Below, in pieces: positions 34,347 to 41,741 of a stretch of 63,411 bases of DNA. The position numbers and the translations under genes were made by a program. The notes beneath the pieces are model-generated. The model was not told the DNA's origin and made no database searches. It saw only the letters and a list, made by a program, of their open reading frames with translations. The stretch is from assembly GCA_944386905.1 (NCBI GenBank), contig CALXCW010000001.1, positions 1 through 63,411 on the forward strand, written 5' to 3'. Position 1 is the stretch's first letter. Every line of letters begins with the position of its first letter. The DNA comes from an uncultured Oscillospiraceae bacterium. Lineage in GTDB: Bacteria > Bacillota > Clostridia > Oscillospirales > Oscillospiraceae.

Positions 34347-35509
34347 ATTTCTTGACCCAAGCCCAACGGGATTTTTCTTGGATTTGTGATCTTCGCCGGA
34401 CATTTCACCGCCATCCAGAGCATGGCAACCAGGAATTTGAGACAGCCGAGACCATTGAAGCCGCCCTGCGGGGGCTGGGCCTTGCTCCCCGGCGGCTGTT
34501 GGACACGGCGGTGATCTGCGATATCGAGGGCGCGCTGCCCGGGCCCATGGTGGCGCTGCGGGCGGACATGGACGCCCTGCCCATTGCCGAGGAGACAGGG
34601 CTGCCCTATGCCTCGCAGGTGCCCGGAATGATGCATGCCTGCGGCCATGATTTCCACATGGCCGCCGTGCTGGGTGCGGCGAAGCTGCTGCTGGCCCATC
34701 GTGCGGAGCTGGCCGGGCGGGTGAGACTGCTGTTTCAGCCCGATGAGGAGCTCCAGGGGGGCGCGAAGCGGATGATGGACGCCGGATGTCTGGAGGGAGT
34801 GGCCGCCGTTTTCGGCGCCCATGTCCGGCCGGATCTGCCGGTGGGACAGGTGGGCGTGCGCTACGGCGCGTTTTATGCCGCCTCCAATCCCTTTTCCATC
34901 TCTCTGACCGGCCGGGCCTCCCACGGCGCGGAGCCGGATCTGGGGGCGGACGCCCTGGTGGCCGGAGCCCAGGTGGTACTGGCGCTGCAGTCCATTGTGT
35001 CTCGCCGGGTGGCTCCCACCGATACGGCGGTGATCACCGTGGGCACCTTCCGTGCCGGCACCCAGGAGAACATCCTGGCCGAGCACGCCGAGATGCAGGG
35101 GATTCTCCGCACCTTCGGCGAGGAAAACCGGAAAAAGCTCACTGCCGCGGTGGAAGCCGTGGTGGAAAACACTGCCCGTGCCATGGGCGTGCAGGCCGAG
35201 ACCCGCTTCACCTGGGGCTATCCCGGCATTCTCAACCATTCCGGCGCCACGGCGCTGGTGGAGCGGGCGGCCCGGGCGCTTTTGGGAGATAGTCGGGTGA
35301 CGGTGCTGGACAAGCCCACCTTGACCACGGAGGACTTCGGCTATTTCCTCCAGGCCGTGCCGGGCTGCTTTTACCATATGGGTGTCGGCGGCGACGCGCC
35401 GCTCCACGCCTCCCATTTTTGCCCCGACGAGGCGGCGCTGCCGACGTTGGCCGCGCTCCACGCCCAGGTGGCCTGGATGGCATTGGGCCAGCTTACCATA
35501 CGCGATTAA
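34343..35509 (+). CDS. M20-family amidohydrolase, probable N-acetyldiaminopimelate deacetylase
   Basis: 388 aa from the ATG at 34343 (ATGA overlap). It carries LRRTFHRHPEHGNQEFET, MHACGHDFH and the M20D dimerisation domain. The specific function is inferred from context. Confidence 0.8.
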   Translation: MNFLTQAQRDFSWICDLRRTFHRHPEHGNQEFETAETIEAALRGLGLAPRRLLDTAVICDIEGALPGPMVALRADMDALPIAEETGLPYASQVPGMMHACGHDFHMAAVLGAAKLLLAHRAELAGRVRLLFQPDEELQGGAKRMMDAGCLEGVAAVFGAHVRPDLPVGQVGVRYGAFYAASNPFSISLTGRASHGAEPDLGADALVAGAQVVLALQSIVSRRVAPTDTAVITVGTFRAGTQENILAEHAEMQGILRTFGEENRKKLTAAVEAVVENTARAMGVQAETRFTWGYPGILNHSGATALVERAARALLGDSRVTVLDKPTLTTEDFGYFLQAVPGCFYHMGVGGDAPLHASHFCPDEAALPTLAALHAQVAWMALGQLTIRD

Positions 35510-35530
35510 CGACCGGGAAAGGAGCTCCCC

Positions 35531-36727
35531 ATGATGAGACCCCTTGCATTGGCCGCCCTATTGATGACCTTGCTTCTGGCCGCCTGCCAGGCCCCTGCTT
35601 CGTCTGAGCCACCGGCTGCACCGGAACCCATTGTCTTGCCGGAGCCTGATCCCGCCCCGGAACCGGAGCCAGAACCGGAGCCGGAGCCTGATCCCGCCCC
35701 GGAGAATATCCCGCCCAACGCCGCCGGCCTTCGGCTGACGGTGCTGGCCCATCCCTTCCAGTATGCCAGCGTCACCGTGGGAGGGCTTTCCTATTTTGCC
35801 TTGGAGGATCTGGCCCAGGCCCTCTCGGGAACGGTGAGCGCTTTGGGCACCGTCATCACCCTCGCCTGGCCGGAGGGCGAGCTGCAAATCGAGGCCAGGA
35901 GCGGCGCATGGTTTTGGGGCACGGACGCCGGGGAATTGCCCGGGCCGGTATACCGCAGCGGGCAGCTCCACTTTGCGCCGGTGGCGCTGCTGGAGGAGGT
36001 CTTTGGCCTCGACAGCTGCACCGATGCGGAGGGTACAATGGCCTATTACTATCCGGCTGTCAGCTGGGAGATCCCTGAGGGCTATACCGTGCCGGTTTTG
36101 ATGTACCACGGCGTCAGCGATGACACCTGGGGCTATGCCGAGCTTTTTGTCAGCCCTTCCGAGCTGGACAAGCAGCTTGCCTATCTCCGGGACAATGGCT
36201 TTACGCCCATCTGGTTTTCTGATCTCTGCCGGGTGGACGAGATTGAGAAACCGGTGCTGCTCACCTTTGACGACGGCTATCGGGACAACTACGAGGAGCT
36301 TTTCCCCCTGCTCCAGGCGTACGACATGAAGGCTACGATCTTTGTCATCACCGAAAATCTCGGCGTCAATCCCAACTTTATGACCTGGGAGCAGGCCCGG
36401 GAGATGGCGCAGTCGGGGCTGGTGGCCATTGAGAGCCACACCGTGACCCACGCCTATCTGGATACGCTCACGGAGGAGGAGCAGCGGCGGGAACTGACCG
36501 ATTCCCGCGAGAGGATCCTTGCAGAAATCGGCATTCCCAGTCAAGTGCTCTGCTTTCCCAGCGGGCGCTATAACCAGAACACCCTCTCGCTGATGGAAGG
36601 ACAGTACGAAATCGGCCTTTTGATGAGCAGCGGCGTATACGTCACCGGCGCCGATCCCTTCCGCATCCCCCGCTGGTACGTCTCTCGCTATACCTCCCTG
36701 GGTGGCTTCCAGAGCATGGTCAACTGA
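35531..36727 (+). CDS. lipoprotein with stalk-like domain and polysaccharide deacetylase (NodB/CE4) domain
   Basis: 398-aa ORF with signal peptide and lipobox LLLAAC, a PE/PEPDPAPE low-complexity linker, and NodB motifs LTFDDGYRDNY, ESHTVTH and FPSGRY. Confidence 0.85.
   Translation: MMRPLALAALLMTLLLAACQAPASSEPPAAPEPIVLPEPDPAPEPEPEPEPEPDPAPENIPPNAAGLRLTVLAHPFQYASVTVGGLSYFALEDLAQALSGTVSALGTVITLAWPEGELQIEARSGAWFWGTDAGELPGPVYRSGQLHFAPVALLEEVFGLDSCTDAEGTMAYYYPAVSWEIPEGYTVPVLMYHGVSDDTWGYAELFVSPSELDKQLAYLRDNGFTPIWFSDLCRVDEIEKPVLLTFDDGYRDNYEELFPLLQAYDMKATIFVITENLGVNPNFMTWEQAREMAQSGLVAIESHTVTHAYLDTLTEEEQRRELTDSRERILAEIGIPSQVLCFPSGRYNQNTLSLMEGQYEIGLLMSSGVYVTGADPFRIPRWYVSRYTSLGGFQSMVN
35639..35703 (+). 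repeat. direct 23-nt repeat within the Pro/Glu linker coding region
   Basis: CCGGAGCCTGATCCCGCCCCGGA occurs at 35639-35661 and again at 35681-35703, flanking GAACCGGAGCC-type 6-nt units. The region encodes PEPDPAPEPEPEPEPEPDPAPE. Confidence 0.9.
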
Positions 36728-36739
36728 ATCTCGTGAAAA

Positions 36740-36780
36740 CTGGAGCGTGCCGCATTTTGCGGCACGCTCCAGCAATTTTT
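36740..36780 (+). terminator. intrinsic terminator
   Basis: CTGGAGCGTGCCGCA-TTT-TGCGGCACGCTCCAG (15-bp stem) followed by CAATTTTT. Confidence 0.75.
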
Positions 36781-37022
36781 AATAACCATTCAAATACCCC
36801 ATACTCTGATACGATTAGATATGGCGGCATTTGAATGGATTTTTTTACAAGCAGTGCCGAACGCAACGATTTTGGATGCCTGTTGTAGCTACCGGTGTTT
36901 CCGGCGCACAGGCGGATTACCACTCAGATATCAGGGATTTTCTATCGAATTTCTCGCTCTATTTCCCCGACGCTCAAGCAAAAAGATGCAAATTATTTAC
37001 AAAAATGATGGCAGTTCATGCG

Positions 37023-37051
37023 TTGACATTCTGCTGGGTGTCACACATAAT
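37023..37051 (+). promoter_or_regulatory. sigma-70-type promoter (TTGACA-17 nt-CATAAT)
   Basis: -35 at 37023-37028 and -10 at 37046-37051, about 105 nt upstream of the second deacetylase gene. Confidence 0.55.
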
Positions 37052-37156
37052 AAAAGAGCAACAGTCCATTCTGAGAGCAGTACGCTTCGCCCCACGGCGG
37101 AAGAAATTGAATTTACCGGCGGTCTATGGCTGCCGGAGGTGAAAGGAGACAGGCCT

Positions 37157-37981
37157 ATGAAATTTCGTCCCATGACAAAGCGCGCGCGGTGGATTACAGG
37201 AATTGCCCTGGGCCTGTTGGCGGCAGCGGCGTTGGGACTGCTGGTGTGCAGCGGCTTCCTGGAGCGGGCGATGCCGCCCAAGGATCCTCTGCCAGTGCTG
37301 ATGTACCACCATTTGGTCAAAGATGGTATGCCCTGCAACAGTATGACAGTGACGGAGAGCCGCATGGAGCAGGATCTGCGGTGGCTCAAAGAGAATGGCT
37401 ACCAGACCGTATTACCCCGGGAGTTGGCAGCGGAGCTGCCGCGGCAGGAAAAGACAGTCATGCTCACCTTTGACGATGGATATCGCAGCAACTATGAGCT
37501 GTTGTTTCCGCTGCTGAAAAAGTACCAAATGAAGGCGGCCATCGCCGTCATCGTGAAAAAGGTGGACGACGGGTCGCCGGATACGCTCACCTGGGATATG
37601 TGCAGGGAGATGGAACGGTCGGGACTGGTGGAGATCGGCTCCCATACCTATGCCTTGCATAATCTGGACAACCAGGGAAACTTTCGTAAGGATGGGCCCA
37701 ACGGGATTGCCCGGGCGTCCGGGGAATCTGACGTATCCTTTGTCCAGCGGGTGCTGGTGGATCTCCAGAAGAGCCACCAACGCATTGTGGAAGAGCTGGG
37801 GGAGGTCACCTTCTTTGCCTATCCCTATGGGATCCGCGAGTCGGACGCCACGGCGTTTATAGAAAAGCTGTTCCCTGTAACGCTGACCACGGAGCGACGA
37901 GTTGCCGATTTGACTAAGGGAATCAAAAATTTGCCGCGCATTGCCGTCCGTATGGAAGTGGACTTGGGGAAAATTCTTTGA
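37157..37981 (+). CDS. polysaccharide deacetylase (NodB/CE4) family protein, membrane-anchored
   Basis: 274 aa from the ATG at 37157 (RBS GAAAGGAG). It has an N-terminal TM anchor and NodB motifs LTFDDGYRSNY, GSHTYALH and YPYG. The ORF-track start at 36821 is a non-coding extension. Confidence 0.85.
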   Translation: MKFRPMTKRARWITGIALGLLAAAALGLLVCSGFLERAMPPKDPLPVLMYHHLVKDGMPCNSMTVTESRMEQDLRWLKENGYQTVLPRELAAELPRQEKTVMLTFDDGYRSNYELLFPLLKKYQMKAAIAVIVKKVDDGSPDTLTWDMCREMERSGLVEIGSHTYALHNLDNQGNFRKDGPNGIARASGESDVSFVQRVLVDLQKSHQRIVEELGEVTFFAYPYGIRESDATAFIEKLFPVTLTTERRVADLTKGIKNLPRIAVRMEVDLGKIL

Positions 37982-38013
37982 TTTCCGGCGATAAAGCACT
38001 CACAGTGCAAACC

Positions 38014-38065
38014 AAAAGAGATGGATGTGCCGCAACACATGCGTTGCGGCACATCCATCTCTTTT
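38014..38065. terminator. bidirectional terminator with a perfect 23-bp stem
   Basis: AAAAGAGATGGATGTGCCGCAAC-ACATGC-GTTGCGGCACATCCATCTCTTTT, with an A-run 5' and a T-run 3'. It lies between the convergent deacetylase (+) and ldhA (-). Confidence 0.8.
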
Positions 38066-38134
38066 GATTCGTATTGGGTTACGGCTCTCTGCGGGATTGA
38101 GCGCCAGGCGTTCGGCAAAGCTCTGACAAGTGCG

Positions 38135-39121
38135 TTAGTTGAGCTCCGTGCCGGCTTTTTCGCCACGGAGGTACGCCATGGCATTGTTCAGTGTGGTGGT
38201 GGCGATGGCGTGAAGGGCCTCGTCGGTGAAAAAGCCTTGATGGGAGGTGACGATCACATTGGGGAAGGAGAGTAGTCTGGCAGTGGTGGAGTGCATTAGG
38301 ATTTCGTTTTCCCGGTTTTCAAAGACATTCTGCGTCTCTTCCTCATAGACATCCAGGCCGACACCAAAGAACTTGTTCTCTCGAATTCCGGCAATGAGAT
38401 CGTCGGTCTTGATGAGGCCGCCCCGGGAGGTGTTCACCAGGATCACGCCGGATTTCATTTTTTCAATTGTGTCGAGGTTGATCAGGTGGTAAGTCTCATC
38501 CATCAGCGGGCAGTGCAGGGAGATGAGGTCGCTTTCAGCCAAGAGTGTGTCCAAATCCACGTAAGTCACGAAAGGCAGATCCGGATTTTGGTACATATCA
38601 TAGGCAATTACTTTCATTCCAAAGCCTTGGCAGATTCGGGCCATGGCGGCGCCGATCTTGCCGGTGCCGACAATGCCGGCAGTTTTACCGTGGAAGTTGA
38701 CGCCCAGCAGACCCTGCAGGCTAAAATTGTTCTCTCGTACCTTGATATAGGCCTTGTGAAGCCGGCGGGATACGGCTAGGGCCAGCGCCATGGCGTGCTC
38801 AGCCACGGCCTCGGGAGAGTAGCCCGGGACGCGCATTACGCGGATCCCCAGGCGGGTGGCGGCGTTCAGATCGACATTATTGAAACCGGCACAGCGCATC
38901 AGAACCAGGTGGACACCCCGGGCGTGCAGTGTCTCCAAAACTGGTGCGCTGACATCGGAGCTCACAAAGGCGCAAATGGCCTCAGTGTCGGTGAGATAGG
39001 CGGCGGTTTTGACGGACAGTTCCGTCTCCCAGAACTCCAGATCCAGCTGCGGATACTGATCAGCCAGCTGGGAGAAGGACTGGCTGTCGTAGGGTTTCGC
39101 TGCGAAGAATACAATTTTCAT
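38135..39121 (-). CDS. ldhA: D-isomer-specific 2-hydroxyacid dehydrogenase (D-lactate dehydrogenase-like)
   Basis: 328 aa from the ATG at 39121. Motifs are GIVGTGKIGAAMARI (NAD), VPGYSPEAVAEHA and SLHCPL...VNTSRGGLI...TSHQGFFT. Confidence 0.88.
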   Translation of the reverse strand: MKIVFFAAKPYDSQSFSQLADQYPQLDLEFWETELSVKTAAYLTDTEAICAFVSSDVSAPVLETLHARGVHLVLMRCAGFNNVDLNAATRLGIRVMRVPGYSPEAVAEHAMALALAVSRRLHKAYIKVRENNFSLQGLLGVNFHGKTAGIVGTGKIGAAMARICQGFGMKVIAYDMYQNPDLPFVTYVDLDTLLAESDLISLHCPLMDETYHLINLDTIEKMKSGVILVNTSRGGLIKTDDLIAGIRENKFFGVGLDVYEEETQNVFENRENEILMHSTTARLLSFPNVIVTSHQGFFTDEALHAIATTTLNNAMAYLRGEKAGTELN

Positions 39122-39259
39122 GGCAATCCCTCCTTGACTCCTAGTGTACCACAATTGGCTCGAAAGTACCACTGTCATCGGCGTGTCCGAAGAGAAAAAT
39201 TGCTAGAACAGTGCGCAGCGGGGGATACTACAACCAGATCGCCAAAGGGAGGTGAAAGC

Positions 39260-39697
39260 ATGAAGATGACCAAGCAGGAGTACGGCGCCTATGTTAAAAA
39301 ACTCTCGCCCAACTCACCCATCGGTCGAAACGTGCTGGCGGCATTTATCGTGGGCGGGTTGATCTGCACACTGGGCCAGCTGGTACTGACGGGATATCAG
39401 GCACTGGAGCTGTCTGAAGAGCTCGCCGGCACGGCGACATCCATTACGATGGTCTTTCTTGGGGCGCTGCTCACTGGCCTGAGTCTCTATGACGACATTG
39501 CCAAGGTAGGCGGCGCCGGTACTCTGGTGCCGATCACCGGCTTTTCCAACGCCGTGGTCTCTCCGGCCATGGAATTTCGCTCTGAGGGTGTGGTTACCGG
39601 AACGGCAGTAAAGATCTTTGCCATTGCCGGGCCGGTGCTGGTCTTTGGGATCGGAGCCAGCGTTCTCTACGGTCTGGTGCTGTGGATTTGGACATGA
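39260..39697 (+). CDS. spoVAC: stage V sporulation protein AC
   Basis: 145 aa from the ATG at 39260 (RBS AAAGGGAGG). It is colinear with B. subtilis SpoVAC (FIVGGLICTLGQ ... GGAGTLVPITGFSNAVVSPAMEFRSEG). Confidence 0.85.
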   Translation: MKMTKQEYGAYVKKLSPNSPIGRNVLAAFIVGGLICTLGQLVLTGYQALELSEELAGTATSITMVFLGALLTGLSLYDDIAKVGGAGTLVPITGFSNAVVSPAMEFRSEGVVTGTAVKIFAIAGPVLVFGIGASVLYGLVLWIWT

Positions 39698-39801
39698 TTT
39701 GAATTTAAGTTGCATGCGGGCAAAAATTCCCGCCGGGGCTTTCGAAATGGCAAAAAAAGAAGTATAATGGTGCCATTACAAATAACCTCGGAGGGAATAC
39801 C

Positions 39802-40968
39802 ATGCAAATGCACTTTGCCCGGCGAATGGACGCCTTTGGCGCCGGGATTTTCAATTTGCTTGATGACAAGCGACGGGAGATGGAGGCTGCGGGCCGCAAG
39901 GTTTACAACCTCTCCATTGGTACGCCGGATTTTTTGCCTGCTCCCCATGTGATGGAGGCATTGTCTCAGGCGGCGCTGCGGCCGGAGAATTATCGCTACG
40001 CGCTCACAGAGCGGCCGCAGCTTCTCGAGGCCGTGCAGAATTGGTATCGGCGGCGCTATCGGGTGGAGCTGGAACGCCATGAAATCCTCTCAATCTACGG
40101 CTCCCAGGAGGGCCTGACCCACATCGGTTTGGCCATCTGCGACCCCGGAGACGTGGTGTTGGTGCCGGATCCGGGCTATCCAATTTTTGAGATGGGCCCG
40201 TTCCTCTGCGGCGCTAAGATTGTGCGCTATCCGCTCCTGGCGGAAAACGGTTATCTGCCTGACCTGGATGCCATCGACCCTGCGGTGGCCTGGGCAGCGA
40301 AAATGATGGTGGTCTCCTATCCTATGAACCCAGTGGCCGTGGCTGCCCCGGCGTGGTTTTATGAAAAGCTGGTGGCGTTTGCCCAACGCTACCATATTAT
40401 CATTCTTCATGACAACGCCTATTCCGACATCATTTTCGACGGTCGGGAGGGCGGCTCCTTCCTCCAGACACCCGGTGCCAAGGAGGTGGGGGTGGAATAT
40501 AACTCTCTGTCCAAGACTTACAACCTCACCGGCGCCCGGATCTCCTTTGTGGTGGGCAACGCCCAGGTGGTGGAGCACTTCCGCACGCTCCGCTCTCAGA
40601 TCGACTATGGCATCTTCCTGCCGGTGCAGATTGCGGCGGAAGCCGCGCTCAACGGCCCCCAGGAGGGGGTGGAGCAGCAGCGGCTTCAGTATCAGGCTCG
40701 GCGAGACGCATTGTGCGGCGGCCTGCGCTCCATCGGGTGGAAGGTTCCCGACAGCCAGGGCACCATGTTTGTCTGGGCGCCGCTGCCAGAGGGCTACTCC
40801 GATTCCAGCGCATTTTGTCTGGAGCTTCTGCACAAGACCGGCCTGCTGTGCACTCCTGGCGCAGCCTTTGGCGAGCTGGGAGAGGGCCATGTGCGCTTCG
40901 CGCTGGTGCGCCCGCCGGAGGAAATGGCCGAGATCGTGGAGGCGGTCAAAGCCGGGGGAATTCTCTGA
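39802..40968 (+). CDS. class I/II PLP-dependent aminotransferase
   Basis: 388-aa ORF with NLSIGTPDFLP, SYPMNPV and YNSLSKTYNLTGARISF (PLP lysine). Substrate is not assignable from sequence. Confidence 0.82.
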   Translation: MQMHFARRMDAFGAGIFNLLDDKRREMEAAGRKVYNLSIGTPDFLPAPHVMEALSQAALRPENYRYALTERPQLLEAVQNWYRRRYRVELERHEILSIYGSQEGLTHIGLAICDPGDVVLVPDPGYPIFEMGPFLCGAKIVRYPLLAENGYLPDLDAIDPAVAWAAKMMVVSYPMNPVAVAAPAWFYEKLVAFAQRYHIIILHDNAYSDIIFDGREGGSFLQTPGAKEVGVEYNSLSKTYNLTGARISFVVGNAQVVEHFRTLRSQIDYGIFLPVQIAAEAALNGPQEGVEQQRLQYQARRDALCGGLRSIGWKVPDSQGTMFVWAPLPEGYSDSSAFCLELLHKTGLLCTPGAAFGELGEGHVRFALVRPPEEMAEIVEAVKAGGIL

Positions 40969-40981
40969 CCCCCAAACATAG

Positions 40982-41027
40982 CCCCGTCTGCCCGCGGAAC
41001 GCCACTGAGCGTCGCGGACAGACGGGG
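40982..41027. terminator. hairpin between convergent genes
   Basis: CCCCGTCTGCCCGCG ... CGCGGACAGACGGGG, about 15 bp with one mismatch. It lies between the aminotransferase (+) and tadA (-). Confidence 0.6.
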
Positions 41028-41031
41028 TAAC

Positions 41032-41502
41032 TTATGGCTGGAGGGGGGCTTGGCGGCGTTTTTCTCGCAGCTGCTGGAAAAATGTTTGGAGCAGAGCGGC
41101 ACATTCTGCCTGCAAAAGACCAGCCTCCACTTGGGGACGATGGTTGAAGGGGAGAGAGAAGAGGTCAATCACCGAGGAACAGCAACCGGCTTTGGGGTCG
41201 GCAGTACCATAGACTACCCGGGGGATTCGGGCATTGATGATGGCGCCGGCGCACATGGGGCAGGGCTCCAGTGTTACATAGAGCGTACATTGCCACAGCC
41301 GCCAGCCGCCCAGCGTGGAGCAGGCCTGGTGGATGGCCTCGATTTCGGCGTGGGCCAGGGCGGACTTGCCCATTTCGCGGCGGTTGCGCCCCTCGCCGAC
41401 AATGGTATCTCCCAGGGTGATGACGCACCCCACCGGAACCTCCCCTTCTTTGGCAGCCTCTGCCGCCAGCTCCAGAGCGCGGCGCATCATTGCTTCGTCC
41501 AT
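41032..41502 (-). CDS. tadA: tRNA adenosine(34) deaminase
   Basis: 156-aa ORF with CDA zinc motifs HAEIEAI and TLEPCPMCAGAI. Confidence 0.92.
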   Translation of the reverse strand: MDEAMMRRALELAAEAAKEGEVPVGCVITLGDTIVGEGRNRREMGKSALAHAEIEAIHQACSTLGGWRLWQCTLYVTLEPCPMCAGAIINARIPRVVYGTADPKAGCCSSVIDLFSLPFNHRPQVEAGLLQAECAALLQTFFQQLREKRRQAPLQP

Positions 41503-41529
41503 GACCTGTCTCCTCTCGCGTTTTTTTTT

Positions 41530-41558
41530 ATGATACCCAATTGCGCTGCCGTGGTCAA
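41530..41558 (-). promoter_or_regulatory. candidate tadA promoter (TTGACC-17 nt-TATCAT, minus strand)
   Basis: -35 at 41553-41558 and -10 at 41530-41535, read on the minus strand. It lies immediately downstream of the minus-strand terminator at 41561-41589. Confidence 0.5.
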
Positions 41559-41560
41559 GG

Positions 41561-41589
41561 CAAAAAAAGCCCCGGCACGAAGCCGGGGT
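41561..41589 (-). terminator. orphan minus-strand intrinsic terminator upstream of tadA
   Basis: On the minus strand: ACCCCGGC-TTCGT-GCCGGGGC followed by TTTTTTTG. No protein gene on the minus strand precedes it. Confidence 0.65.
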
Positions 41590-41686
41590 GAGGCAGGAGA
41601 TGGGATTTGGGAAAGATACTCGCCTTGGTGAAGCTGTGGTATCATCATACCAGGCGATGGAGAAAAAGTCTGTCGAAGGGCGGCAC

Positions 41687-41715
41687 TTGCAAAAACTTTT
41701 CTGCTCTGGTAGAAT
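41687..41715 (+). promoter_or_regulatory. candidate mnmG promoter (TTGCAA-17 nt-TAGAAT)
   Basis: -35 at 41687-41692 and -10 at 41710-41715, 27 nt before the mnmG ATG. Confidence 0.55.
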
Positions 41716-41741
41716 AATCGCCGTAGAAAGCGGGGATCAGC

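Noticed and set aside
35639-35703. Possible CRISPR-like or minisatellite array
   Set aside because: There are only two 23-nt copies plus 6-nt units. The region lies entirely in-frame inside a lipoprotein gene and encodes a Pro/Glu linker. There are no spacers or cas genes.
36786-36838. 10-bp inverted repeat CCATTCAAAT / ATTTGAATGG in the 429-nt spacer, considered as a possible MITE or IS remnant
   Set aside because: The loop is 33 nt. There are no target-site duplications, no transposase remnants and no second copy in the window. This is insufficient to call a mobile element.
41561-41741. SRP (4.5S/scRNA) gene next to tadA, as in Bacillus
   Set aside because: No domain IV motifs (GGAA/AGCA symmetric-loop, CAGGUC...GGAAG pattern) are visible on either strand. 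The terminator-bounded unit is only about 80 nt and C-rich. It is reported instead as an unclassified candidate sRNA.
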